Both the position numbers and the translations under genes were made by a program. The notes beneath the pieces were generated by a model, which did not search any database, was not told the origin of the DNA, and worked only from the letters and a program-made list of their open reading frames with translations. Source: Eutreptiella sp. 'Long Island Sound 2002' (Eukaryota > Protista > Euglenida). From it: a stretch of DNA of 64,000 bases. Within the stretch, counting starts at the first letter, position 1; every line of letters begins with the position of its first letter. The DNA lies in contig OZ038378.1 of the NCBI GenBank assembly GCA_964036045.1, positions 25,606,001-25,670,000 on the forward strand, given 5' to 3'. This document shows, piece by piece, positions 12,979 through 24,726 of the stretch.

Positions 12979-13291
12979 AGGGAGTACTGGGCACGGTGCG
13001 CGCACGGTGCAAGTATTTGAGTTGTTGAGAAATAACGGTAACCATCCATGGCCCATAAGGAAAAAACTGTAACCATCCAGGATCCACCAGGAAATAACAG
13101 CATCTACCCAGAGCCCATCAGGAAATAAAAGTGACCATCCAAGCCCACCAGGATATAACAGCAACCATTGAGAGCCAGCCAGGGGGAATGGTAACAATTC
13201 AGAGCCTACCAGGTCCTCTCCCGGTAGACTATCTGCTGGGGAAGTTGTTCCAATACTTGGCACGGTGTGCGCACGGTGCGAGTACTCCCTC
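12979..13291. mobile_element. Small MITE-like element with imperfect ~40-bp terminal inverted repeats and an internal 30-31-bp tandem repeat
   Basis: Left end GAGGGAGTACTGGGCACGGTGCGCGCACGGTGCAAGTATT versus right end AATACTTGGCACGGTGTGCGCACGGTGCGAGTACTCCCTC. About six diverged units resembling AATAACAGCAACCATCCAGAGCCCACCAGGA lie at ~13031-13213. No clear TSD. Confidence 0.55.
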
Positions 13292-13861
13292 TTGACGCGC
13301 AGCACTGCCCCCTCACCCAAAAATCCTTGTCTGCAGGATTCATGGCATTATGGTTCAGTCTGCATCATTTGCACCTTATGCAGCATTTGAATACATTCAC
13401 GGCCCCAGAGTGGGTTAGCAAGGGGTGTCGGTCAGATTGCCTGGCAGAGGAAGTCCAGTGCTCAAGTGGAAGCCTGGCATATGTGGTTTTGTTTTGAAGG
13501 CGTTGTGCTTGGCAGCAGAGCGGACCATGCCCTTGTAGTTTGTTTGCATCTCAACTGAACATTGCAGTTTGTGGTACAATGGAATTGCTTTGTGCCCTCC
13601 ACCCACAAAAATCCACTTGTACAAGGATTTGGGAGGGTCCAACAAGGTTTTGCAGGTGGGTGTGTGTGGGTCCGTTAAAGCCCCCCAAAGGAGTGGGAGG
13701 GGGGATCTGAAAAGGGGCTGAAATGTCCCAAATGAAAACAAGTAGCCCTTTTGTTGCCGTTCTTGAATTCTTGCTTTGGGTTGGAGACAGCAGTGTCTAT
13801 GCAGCCATTTGCATTTGTTACATTCCACTGTGCGGACCAGAGAAGGTACGCATCATGCAAT

Positions 13862-14142
13862 CCATGCTAAATCCTCACCAACCTTTGCGGAGGCCGATGG
13901 GCCATACCCCTCCTATATTCCTACATGCTTGTTTCTTGGCACCCATGCAACACCTTGCTTCACCCACTGCCGCCCCCCTATATGCCTCTTTTCGCCGAGG
14001 TTGAGTGGTTGGTGCCTCGAGTTACCGGTCACAGGTGTGTCTAGTCGCCTTCCCTCCTTCCCAGCCCTGGGTAGGTTTAGTTGTCTCCCTCCAGGTTAGG
14101 GGGGGTTATCTATCTACATACTTGTGAGGGGTAGGGTTGCCA
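13862..14142 (+). repeat. Dispersed repeat, copy 2 (lacks the SL head of copy 1)
   Basis: Homologous by eye to 4262-4535 minus. Confidence 0.8.
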
Positions 14143-14225
14143 GTCTCCAAGTGCAGGTGCAAGTGCAGGAGGGGAGGGCTGCAAGGGCGAAACAGGTGGC
14201 ATCTCTTCACCTGCACACCAACAAA

Positions 14226-14995
14226 CAGACATGTGGTTACAGCCATGTGTGTACGGTTGCGCACGGCTACTTTCTCCGGATATGCACGGTTGCGCACGGC
14301 GAGATCTGAAGGTGGCGCACGCTTGCGCACAGTTGAGCAGCACTTCAACCGGGCCCACAAGTGGGCGGAAATGCCACATCACCCCTGCATTCTCGGGGAT
14401 CCCCAACAAAGGGGACAAAATCAAAGCACAAAAAAAACAAAAATAACCAAAAGAAAAATGGTTCCATGGCCTTGCAAATCCAGCCTGGATTTCTGTAAAT
14501 TGCCTGCACTGGGGCTTGAACCCATGCCTTTGCAGTTGTAGATGCACTGCTTTACCCACCAGGGTATGGGCCATCTCTGATGGTCCTCTGCACAGGGGTG
14601 GTATTGATATTTGGTCTATATTGGTTTTCATCCATTATTGCGTTCTCCTGAAAAAACTGAGTATTTTGAGTATAGACACATGGGGTGAAAACCCATTTTT
14701 TCACCCTCTACTAGTTCAAGCAAAATTTCCTTCGGGCGCCTTTGGCGCCCATGGTCTGGCACTTCCCAGCCAAAAACCAGCAGGGAGGGGGAGGGGGGGT
14801 CGGCATAAAGGGTCCGGTCCCGGCGTCCCCCCCCCCGTGCTTTCCGGTCAAAATTTGCGGTCAAAAATTGGTCGCACGGTTGCGCACGGCTGGATTACAA
14901 GACAGCGCACAGTTGTGCACGGCTACATTTGAAGAGGACGCACAGTTGCGCACGGCAAAGCCCCACCCTTGCGCACGGCTGTAACCACATGTCTG
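14226..14995. mobile_element. Non-autonomous hAT-like DNA transposon (770 bp)
   Basis: Perfect 19-bp TIR CAGACATGTGGTTACAGCC (14226-14244) / GGCTGTAACCACATGTCTG (14977-14995). 8-bp TSD CCAACAAA at 14218-14225 and 14996-15003. Subterminal GCACGGTTGCGCACGG repeats at both ends. 8-bp TSDs are typical of hAT. Confidence 0.9.
14499..14572 (-). pseudogene. Degenerate tRNA-like sequence inside the MITE
   Basis: Minus strand GGCCCATACCCTGGTGGGTAAAGCAGTGCATCTACAACTGCAAAGGCATGGGTTCAAGCCCCAGTGCAGGCA has a B-box (GGTTCAAGCCC) and a TGCA/TGCA anticodon-like stem, but no valid acceptor stem. Confidence 0.35.
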
Positions 14996-15423
14996 CCAAC
15001 AAATATGCATTCGCTACACGGCAAAGATGGCAGACATACCCAGAGTGCCAGTCATGCCCCAATGCTCCGTGTGGTACGCAGTAGGCCTCTGTCGGTCGCA
15101 TCTGTTTCGAAGGCGGCAGCGCTGAACATAGCAAGCAACAGCCGCTGCCGTGCTGAGCCCCACAGCGGCACAAAGGGATGCCACGTACGCAAGGCCTGCA
15201 ACAGAGGTGCACGAGCAATGCACAACTGGAGGTCGAGTGGCTGGGTGCACTAACTCATCTAAATGCCAGCTTGGGGGTGCATGGATACTGAGGGGTGTCC
15301 TTGAGAGCAAAAAAAAAAAGCCTTCGTAACGCCCACAGAAACAAACATTCACGGTGACCCTCTTTGCTTCCTGGTCAAGAAATGGGCAACACACAAGACC
15401 ACAGAAACAGTATTGAACAATGG

Positions 15424-15530
15424 CTGACGGTTGGCAGCGGTTGGCGGTTGGTGGTTGGTGGCGGATGGCGGCGGTTGGTGTTGGCGGTTGGTTGCGGTTG
15501 GCGGTTGGTGATTGGCTGGTGGTTGGTGGT
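15424..15530. repeat. Degenerate (GGCGGTT/GGTGGTT)n minisatellite
   Basis: Directly visible 7-bp-like repeats. Confidence 0.85.
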
Positions 15531-16594
15531 CCCTGGGGGCTGTCCTTAACAGAAAAAAAAGATTATTGGGCTTCTTAAGGACACCCTTGTGGGTACTTGC
15601 CAAATGATGTTCGACGCAAATTCGTCAAAAGAGTATACTGAGTAAACAAACAAGTGGTATCTGCAGTAAACAGACTGCAGCATTGCAACAGCACTCCATC
15701 ATGGAGGAAGTGTTGTAGTGCACCTTGGAAGTCACTTTTCGATCGAAGTTGAAAGAACTGGACACGCGAAAGAAAATCAACAAATTGCAGCAGCGCAGGA
15801 GCAGTCGATCCCCAAGGAAATAGTGCTCCTCCGGGCGCGGATCCGAATTGTTACCCCCTGTGCCTATCATGCTGTTTTCAGGCTTTTTCGCCTCAACCAT
15901 CTACACACAAAGCAGCACATACCTGGTTCAGCGAAGAACCCCTGTTGCACCGAGGGCATCGCTGCATGCCCTTGCTGCCACTGCTTCCTCCGGCTCACCA
16001 TCCCATACCCCATACGGTCAGGTGCAGTGGACGGCCTCGCAGTGGTCCCCGAAAACTTCCACCTGGTCTGGACAGCTGTCAGTAACAGCGGCTCCGGTGC
16101 AGAAAGGCCAGGCATGGGCTGGAATGCGGTCACCCCCATAGAGGGCGGGTGGGGCAGCCAACAATTCAGGAACAGGGGCTGCCATTGTGAGCTCAGACAC
16201 AGCGACACAAACCAAAGGAAAAATAGCCCCAGAGAAACGGCAACGGTAGTGCAAGTACAGTGCACACCATTCATGAGCACTGCGCAAACATGGCAATCTC
16301 TGAACACACACACACTGGGGGAAGACTAAGCATTCTTTGCAGCCCTGCAATGCCCAACCGCTCATGCCTATATCCATTGCGTAAGCTCGGCACGCCATGT
16401 TCCCAGAAGGGGGGGGGGGTGGCTTCAACAAGCAGTCAGGCTCATAGTATTGGGAGGCCATGGTTTGGCTGCCCCGGGAATGTAGGCTGCTGGAACGAGA
16501 CTGAAATTCTTGCAGCAGTTGGTAGCTTCCTTGGGAAAATAGCACCACCCTGGGCCCTTGCACAATGAGCTGCGTGCCACCGTAGCTAGCACAA

Positions 16595-16597
<3 letters not shown>

Positions 16598-16629
<32 letters not shown>
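16598..16629. repeat. (CA)n microsatellite; similar tracts at 33772-33801 and 34234-34274
   Basis: Directly visible. Confidence 0.95.
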
Positions 16630-16631
<2 letters not shown>

Positions 16632-17869
16632 GCTAAATACCCCAGAAATTCCACAAAGCACTCAATAGCAAGGACGCAAATGACAATCAGAAAATTACAG
16701 CACAAAGCACATCAATATCCACTAGCACACACTACACCACAGCATGCGATTGTAAAACAACACGAGCACAAAAGAGGCCCAGAGTGTCAGTCTCCTCGTC
16801 ACTTGAACAAGACAGGGCATGCGGGCTGCCAAGAGGCACCTTTCTGTGGAAGCAGGCGCACAGCCGTGAGAACTGTCATCAGCAAGAGGGGCCTAAGACA
16901 GTAGATTCCACTGTACAAAGGGACCACCTGTGACGATTTTTTTTTTTTTGCTCAGACTCACATGTGCCTCGTAAGTGCTCGGTCAGACGGACCACATCAT
17001 GCTGCCAGTCTAAGTACAACATATGTGTCCCGTGTGAAGAATTCCACATGCCGCCTGCAGCGGTGGGACATATATTTGGATTCTGGATTCCTGTCACCTG
17101 AGTATGCAGCTGTACGTTGCCACCACGCGCTGTGGGCTTACGTGAAATCAAAAATTCCAACAAGCATCAACCTGTAGTGTCCTGTCACTCACCTGTCACC
17201 ATTTTTTTTATCAAAGAAGCTTAACATGACAGTGCCAAGCCCCATCAGGGCACGAAGTAACGAGCAAAAGACCGGTTTTGGCAAAGCAGCCTTGGTAGCT
17301 ATACGAGTTCCAGCTCATAATTGGTCTCCCTGGGGTTCCCTTGTAGATGTTGCCTCGGTCAGAGGGATCTTCCACTCACTTGGGTACCGGTGTGCCTTGT
17401 GGCTTGTGGTGGGTGGTTGGGGGGCAATTTCCCACAAGTGGGGCCCTATGATTGCCTAGGTCGCTTGTGTTTAAGGTACAGTGTTTGGTGTATTAGTTTG
17501 GTGTCTTAGCGGTATGTGTCTAGCGGTTTGTGGACCTTGTCATGTACCGCTTGTTTTCGATGTACCCATTCTTTTTGCTGCAGCCGTAAAGGCGTCAAGG
17601 CTGGTTGACGCGGGGCGAAAGACGCACCCGAAAATGAAAACAGCTGAGAGCAGTTAGTGTAACTCCTAAAGGCCCTCACGCTATGCCACTGTCGGTGGGG
17701 GCAACCTCGGCAAAGCCTCCCCCGGCACTGAACATTCGAAGTTCTACAGCTGTAATTTCTCTAGACGCAATGAGGAACACCCCAATTCGGGGTACTCACG
17801 TGCATACACTGCGACGACCCAGAGTGTGTCCAGTGCGGCGTTGAAAGCCACCACGCACTGACAATACCC

Positions 17870-18240
17870 GCGAGTTAGTGATACAGGGATCGGCTGTTTG
17901 GAGTAGTGGCGCAACGAGCCGTGCACCCACCCTCTAGACTCGGGGAGCCAGGCATTTGCCATTGCTCCACGCTCATTTTTCCAGCCGGGAGTACTCCAGC
18001 CGTCACGAAAGCCCCTCTCCATATCGCTTGTAGCTGGGGACCGATTGGAGGGGGGCACAGTGGGGGCCTTGCTGGATTTGACCCTGCCTGTGTAGGACAA
18101 GCAAGGGGTTGAGGGGTTTATTGTGTGTGAGCAAGTATTCCTATACTTAGCCGACATTTGTAACGGTTGTATAGTCGGCTATCCCTTTCTTAAGTGTTAC
18201 GGGTTACAGTTGGATGCCGATGGGGACTGCCTTGTGGACA
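17870..18240 (+). pseudogene. Retropepsin-like aspartic protease remnant
   Basis: DTG at ~17880 followed by AIAPRSFFQPGVLQPSRKPLSISLVAGDRLEGGTVGA, then after a frameshift FLYLADICNGCIVGYPFLKCYGLQLD, which resembles the I-(I/V)-G-x-(P/D)-F-L motif of retroelement proteases. Confidence 0.5.
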
Positions 18241-19199
18241 CCCTGGCCACATTTGGGGTGCCAGTAGCCCACAGAGGCACTACAGCCTCCGCAGTCACTT
18301 TTTCAGATTCGGAACTTTCCCCCCTCGAGCTCCACGAAGACAAGATGGTCAGCGGTAACACCCCTCCCCTACAGAACGACTCGCATGTCCAATTAGTGGC
18401 GTGCGCAGCCGCCAGTGCCACCCTACAAGCAACCTTGGCTGCTCTCCTCAAAACAGTGGAGGCAATCGCACAAAGCAGGATCACCAAATTCAAAGGAGAG
18501 GAGCAACCCACCACAACGCCTGTCTCAACTAAAATAGCTCAGTGTGTTTGCGAACCAGACATGCCCGGGTTCGACACGGAGTGTGCGTCCCCGCAGTGCA
18601 TCCGTGGGTGTCATTCGGAACAACGGACGGTTTCACCCCCCTCCCCTACAGAGCAGGTGACCGGATTGTGGCGCCACAGGTGTGAGGCACACAAGTGGTC
18701 CACTATGACGGACAAACCGGAGGTTTTTCCATGCACGAAACCCCCCTACTCCCTTGAGTGGATTTATATGCATATTGCACACGGTTTTACGCCCGCCCCT
18801 CCCCCTTCCTGTGGTAAGTGTGTGTGTCACCAGACTCAGACCCCATGTGTGTGCCATGTGCAGGTGCACCCCCCAAGTGACAGGGAGTGTGTTCTGTCCG
18901 ATGCCGAGTCCGTACCGGAGGAGGATGGTGTTTTGGCCTATCCACAACCCCCCCGAGAACCAGGGTACATCATCCCAGATTCTTTCGCCGGGGTTGGGGC
19001 TATCACCAAACATCCAAGGGGCAGTGGATGGGGGGCACAGACGCAAAATATACGCCCCCCCCCCCTTGGACACCTTGGTACCGACCGCGAAAAAAAGTTT
19101 TTCAAACGGTGGGGTGGTATGCGAGCAATGCTGGACATACAAAGCTTGCCGGAAGCATGTGAGGAAGGGGCTATAAAAACGCATACACGGGTAATGGCT

Positions 19200-19520
19200 C
19201 GTTGCAAATACAAAACTGAAAGCTATGCGGTCATTCCTAAGCTCTGTGCTCAAATTGAGCAACGGGCTGGTCTAACGCCGGAGGTTGACGCCTTTGCAGA
19301 ACGCTACAACCACTAGTACAAACAGTACCGGAAGAAACGATGTGATGCCTTCTCAAAGGACTGGGGCTCCAAAACGTTATGTACTAATGTCCCATTTTCA
19401 AAAATGTCCCGGGTGGCCCAAAAGTGCATCATGGACCAGGCCCAAGGCATCATGACATGGCGGTGCCGGTTTGGTAGGCCCACGATTGGTTTTGGGCTCT
19501 TGGGGAGATAGCCCCCTTCC
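19200..19520 (+). pseudogene. Dam-like (phage/DIRS-type) N6-adenine DNA methyltransferase domain remnant within pol
   Basis: Reads PEVDAFAERYNH*YKQY...DAFSKDWGSKTLCTNVPFSKMSRVAQKCIMDQAQGIM, then in a shifted frame VPVW*AHDWFWALGEI. This matches the D(L/A)FA...N, DAF..xW, N-P-P-F(S) and LVVP.W....W(F/Y) pattern of DIRS-type Dam domains; the catalytic NPPF appears as NVPF (19386-19397). Confidence 0.7.
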
Positions 19521-19939
19521 GGCAGACCAACCCATTTTTCAAGACAACTGGGGCACAATTTTGTCTCCATCTAAAGGGTGGACCACTTGTGTGATATTGT
19601 TTGATGCACTTGTGTGATATTGTTTGATGCACTCAATCCCTCCTCCAAAATGCCGGGAGCACCGGACGATGGGTATGACGCTGATGGCACTCAATCCCTC
19701 CTCCAAAATGCCGGGAGCACCGGACGATGGGTATGACGCTGATGGGGAGATAACCATTCCTATTCCACACAAGGCAAGCGTGCGGGAACTTAGTGCTGTT
19801 AATCCACCTTCCACGCATTTTCGCCCCATGTCGGACCGCTGCATACGCAATGTACTGCAGGCGGACTGAGTTGATGCGTGGTACGCCTCTTTCCGGCAAA
19901 AGCTGCAAGAAAAATTTAAACACCTAATTTTCTGTCATG

Positions 19940-21050
19940 TACCCATTACGGAGGTGGATCCACTGCTGTGACAGGAGGGAGTCCACACCATCCGGTTCAA
20001 AGAAAATTTTCAGCCGCAAAAATGTCCCCCCTTCCGTGCGTCTGGGATACGGGATGCGGCATTCCGAGAGCTCATTGACAAGTTTACCGCTTGCAAAATG
20101 TTGGTTCCATCCAAGTCACACTAGGGGGTGCGGGCCTTCGTGGTCCCCAAACCAAACGGGAAATGGTGCCTGGTCATTGACTACCACCACCTCAACACGC
20201 AAGTGTTGGATGACCCGTACTCCCTCCCGGTGATTGAGGACATGATCCTTGGGCAAAAGGGAAAGGCACTCTCGTCCGTCTTCGATTTGGAGGACCGGTT
20301 CCACCAGATGCATTTGGCCGAGGAGTCCCATCACCTGACGGCTTTCGTCACCCCCTAGGGGATGTACGAGTGGACCATGCTACGCATGGGGCTGAAAACA
20401 GCTCCCACGGCGTACCAACGCATGGTCGCGTCATGTATTGACGAATTCACTCGAAAATACGGGACAAAGCCGTACATTGACCATCTCATGCACGGCACAA
20501 TAGACCCCGACACGGGGCAAGGGGACGCTGCTAGTGACCGGTGCATTGAGCAACATTTTCAGGAATTGGATGTTTTTTCCATCTTGGCTCACAGGAAGCT
20601 CACTCTCAAATTGGAGAAGTGCACAATGTTTGCCACACGGGTGAAATTTTGTGGTCACATACTCACGCCACAGGGCCGTGTCCGGGACCCTGAAAAGGTC
20701 CAAGCCATCAAATGATGGCGGTGGCAAGACATACAAACCCCCACCCACATGAAGGCCTTCCTGGGTTTTACCCAGTGGTATGCGGTGTATGTCAAGGGGT
20801 ACGCCAAAATGGTGGCCCCCCTGAATGATGCCCTGAAGGGAATGTGCATTACCAAGGCACAAAAGGGTGCACAAAAATTTGAGAAAAAGTCTGGTCGACT
20901 GGTGGGGGCTGACGGTACTACATGGACAAACGACACTCTCCCGGCGCCTGACCACCCAGACTACGCCGCATATTGTAAGGCAGTGGGCAAGATATGTTGC
21001 ACCCCCAAAATGATTCAAAATTTTGAACTACTTGTGGAAGCTTTCAGCTA
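19940..21050 (+). pseudogene. Ty3/Gypsy reverse transcriptase remnant
   Basis: AFVVPKPNGKWCLVIDYHHLN; PYSLPVIEDM; VFDLEDRFHQMHLAEESHHLTAFVTP*GMYEWTMLRMGLKTAPTAYQR; YIDH (degenerate YIDD); LKLEKC...VKFCGHIL...DPEKVQAI; AFLGFTQWY...APL. Confidence 0.95.
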
Positions 21051-21560
21051 AGATGTCATGTTACAATACCCCGATCCTGCCAATCAATGGTGGATTAGTA
21101 CCGATGCAAGCAGTTTTGCTTTTCGGAGGGGTATTGGAGCATATTGATGACAATGGGCACCTGCGACCAGTGGCATTCTTCGAGAAAGCCCTGCAAGGAA
21201 CGGGCCACAAAAACCGGGATGGCCAACACTGGGTGGACCAGCAAATTTCAGCGGACACCCCAGAACCATAGGACAGAATTTTGATGTCCCGAATTCTCAG
21301 TCTTAATGACCACGGTCGCCCGCATGCCAGGGTATGGGAGGGCGAGAGGGCTACCGACCATCTCAAATGCTGAAGTGTTGAGATAGACTCTCGTCTCCCA
21401 GCCACGGGCACTATGCTTCGCGCTGTGGTGGCCCAATGGAAACAACGGTTGACGCAGGCACCGGGGAGGGAACCAGTTTTTAAGGATTCCCGTGACACTG
21501 ATGACGTGGTAGATCATAGGTGTCACCAAGCAGCCCTGATCAAAGCACTACCCACGGCAT
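21051..21560 (+). pseudogene. Ty3/Gypsy RNase H remnant
   Basis: LQYPDPANQWWISTDASSFA and, across a frameshift, GGVLEH...LRPVAFFEKAL. Confidence 0.8.
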
Positions 21561-24279
21561 TGCGTGGGCAGGCGCGGTCCCAATGCAGGAGTCAGCTGCG
21601 CAAAAACATCCGCAACCAAACCTGGCTACAGGGCGCAGCTCAGATATTACAGCATACTCTCCCTCCAGGATGTCTCGAGGGAACTTCAGCGGGCAATTTT
21701 TCACAAGCCTTGGGTGGATATTGGGAATGGACTGCCCCCCCCTCCCCTGAGGAGACCCCCTGCACCACAGTGGACTTTTACAAGCAACAGCATGCCAGGG
21801 TCCGGGCGGGCAAGGCTAAGGAAGGCAAATCAGCCTCTGACCCTGCGGACCGCCCAGTCTACATACCTGCGCCCACCAAAATTCTATTTGACAACTGGAA
21901 AAATGTTTACATGGCAGACGAGAGTCTCAAAGCTCCGTACGCCGCGCTGTGCACGGCACCCCGCTCAACAAATTTTCCAACCACTTTTCCCAAGCTCCCC
22001 ACGCAGCTCCTTTTCCAGGCAACCAGCAACCTCGCATGCAACCTAGCAAGCACCTTTCCCAACCACTCCCAACCATCAAAATTCCAAGCACTTTCTCCAA
22101 GCGGCGGATGCCTCCGGTTTCTCAGCGGTGCGCCGAACCAAATGGCTGAGAACTATTTTTTTTTTAACTCATGCGACCTATCCCGCCCTCGCTTAGATTT
22201 GCACCTTGCAATTTACAACCAACACCCGAAAAAGTTCCCAAGTATCGTCAAGGTGTAAAAAAAAAAAGGGATGCCAAGGGGATTTGCGACATGTGAGGTT
22301 CAACATCCATGATATTAAGAAGTTTGATGCGAACAGGAGCCATGACTGTCAATGATCATTCGAAAAAAGACACAGGCCACGAAAACTCAATGAGATGGGT
22401 TTGAGCCAGAAAATGGTGATTGGGAATGGACTTGTGGATAAAAACGGATTCCGCAGGACACTCCATTCCATATCAGCGCTCACCTATGAACTACAAAATA
22501 GTCCCTTGACATGAGCCTCTACTTGTGATGCATAGTCCATGCACTCCTACGTGAAGTGGAACATGAGCTGCTCACTTTCCGCCAAAGCTGAATTTTCTGG
22601 TGTTGAGTTGCAGCTCAATCTCTCCAAGAAGAATGCCAGTCTGGCCATCCTAGTCTAGCCATATTCCCAGCTGGTCCCTTGCATAGTTTTATTTCTGCAG
22701 GAATTCTCCAGCCTGCATATTCTTAAATTCATATTGTTGCTGGAGCAGCCACACTGTATTAAGGTTTAAAATCGACAATGCTATCTCGCTAATAGTCTAC
22801 AAAGACCAAACTCCAAAAGCTAGACTGGAAAATATTCTTGACTTTACAAATACAGCAAATCGAGGAAGCCCTGAAAAACCTAACCTGGAATGTTCTTTTT
22901 GCAAACACTTACGCCTGATGTGCCCATCTGGAGCATTCTTACACAGATATTCTCAAAACTGCAACAGCACTTGGGCACTACCCGTTTATTCCCCTCACAC
23001 TCAATGGCCCAACAGTGAGGTACACAGAATATGTATGCAACATTCTTTACATTTGACATTTGATCATAGTGGATGGCCACAATATCAAAAAAAAAAATAG
23101 TTTTGATGTTTGCGGTTATCAGCTATCGAGGCTCAAAGCAGCACATACAAACAGATACAGCAAACACAGATTGCATAGCAGCAACACTTGGGCAGGCATA
23201 ATCCAGACAATTGACAATGGGTTGGCAGCTTCCTGTTTAAGAAAAATACAGGGACATGTCCTGCATGAAGATTTCTCGCTGGATTAATTGCAAATTGACC
23301 AGTATGGCGGCTCTCCTGCAGATGAAAGAGCACTAAATGTGTATATCATTCGAAGAGTGAGGCAAGTCTCCGTCACCTGTCCCAGAAACGTCTGAATGCA
23401 CGACACCTCTCTTCACATACACAGACACACTCCATACACTTGAAGCATCTGGAGATGCACGCCTCCAGAAGGAAGTAGGAAAGGTTTAGCAGGTACGGCA
23501 TGGATAATGATGGAGATTGCAAGACCCCACAAATAAACAACATCGTCGGTTGCACCAAGTTGTTGTCCCAAGCACATCGGCAGGGGATGTCGTGCAGCAG
23601 TGCACCGACGCGTGATGCTGTTTCCTTGCTGACATAGACGGAAGGGGCTTTGGTGGACCACAGTGCCACAGCATTCTACGGGATGAAGGCACCTGCAGCA
23701 CAGCCCATGTAACGAACCCCTCCTGTCGCATGCACTCGGAAGCCAGAGCCACTGAACAATCAGGAGGCTTCCGCCATTAGAGCTCCTCACATCTCAGAGG
23801 TAGAGGGAGGTGGGGCACAGATCTGGAATGATCACCTTCAATGCTCAAAGATTTCAACAGACTGGAGAAGGTTGGGGGGCCTAGGAGGCCAGCAAATCAT
23901 GGCTGACGCCAGCTGATCAAACGGACCCAAACCCTGTGCTTGTTCGGTGCACTGGGCACAGGGCCAATATGACGCGCCAACAGGCTTCCAGCATGCAGAA
24001 TGTACAGTGGAGCTCAGCTTCGGGGGCACACATGTACTATGTGTACATGTGTACACGATGTTCGCCTCCCAAAACCCCAGGGGTACAGCGAAACGTGAGA
24101 TCATATCACGGGCACGTGCTATGCACTCCTGCATGTCCCGAAGCAAACATGCAATGGACTCAGGGTCTGCATACGCAGTGTGGGCAGGCGGGGGGAGGAG
24201 TGGGTGTTGGGAATAAATCAGGGCCCAGCAGGATCGTGGGAGCAGCGGTTGCTGATGGCATTGATGCACCGTCGCCTCC

Positions 24280-24726
24280 CTAAGCCACCGGTTCTGCATG
24301 CGGAGAACTCGGGGGTGTACACGTCCTCCAGGCGAACTGACTCTCCCCCGCCAGCACTTGAAACACCATGGCGTCCGTCCGGATGTCGTCGATATCGGGC
24401 CGGCCCTTGCGGCTGCTAAACGGGTTCTCGAGCTCCCCCTGCACGTTCTTCAGCAGCAGAAACAGCAGCGTGACCAGAGTTGCAATGATGTACGAAAAGA
24501 AAGGGAAGCTGTAGGTCCCCAGCGCGGCGAAGTGCGGGGACAAAATCAGGGGGACAACGTAGACACAGAAGCGTATGAAGGCACGGATGTTGGTGGGTGT
24601 ACGGTAGTCACTGAAAACACGCAGACCCTCAAACGAGGTCAGGGCCTCGCGGGTATCGTGGATGGCGCGGGTGATCAACGGGGCCGGAAGACTGGACAGC
24701 CGAAGGGCGTCCGTAATGAAACAGAG
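24280..24726 (-). CDS. Bestrophin-like (UPF0187/YneE-related) membrane protein, exon 2
   Basis: Starts after acceptor CCTCGCAG, phase 0. Encodes LCFITDALRL...DYRTPTNIRAFIRF, hydrophobic segments, LKNVQGELENPF...DIDDI, and a TAG stop at 24280-24282. ENPF...DD parallels the E-x-PFG-x-D-x-ND motif of bestrophin-like channels. Confidence 0.8.
   Translation of the reverse strand, partial: LCFITDALRLSSLPAPLITRAIHDTREALTSFEGLRVFSDYRTPTNIRAFIRFCVYVVPLILSPHFAALGTYSFPFFSYIIATLVTLLFLLLKNVQGELENPFSSRKGRPDIDDIRTDAMVFQVLAGESQFAWRTCTPPSSPHAEPVA

Larger units (their letters stand above)
17870..21955 (+). mobile_element. Decayed Ty3/Gypsy LTR-retrotransposon pol: protease, Dam-like methyltransferase, RT, RNase H; integrase and LTRs not found
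   Basis: Ordered pol motifs with many stops and frameshifts (see sub-features). Local duplications of 23 bp and ~58 bp at 19588-19743. Sequence switches to an unrelated AT-rich repeat at ~21955. Confidence 0.9.

Noticed and set aside
12978-13291. Stowaway-type ends (GGAGGGAGTA and TACTCCCTC)
   Set aside because: The motifs face outward relative to a Stowaway element, so they are treated as part of an unclassified inverted repeat.
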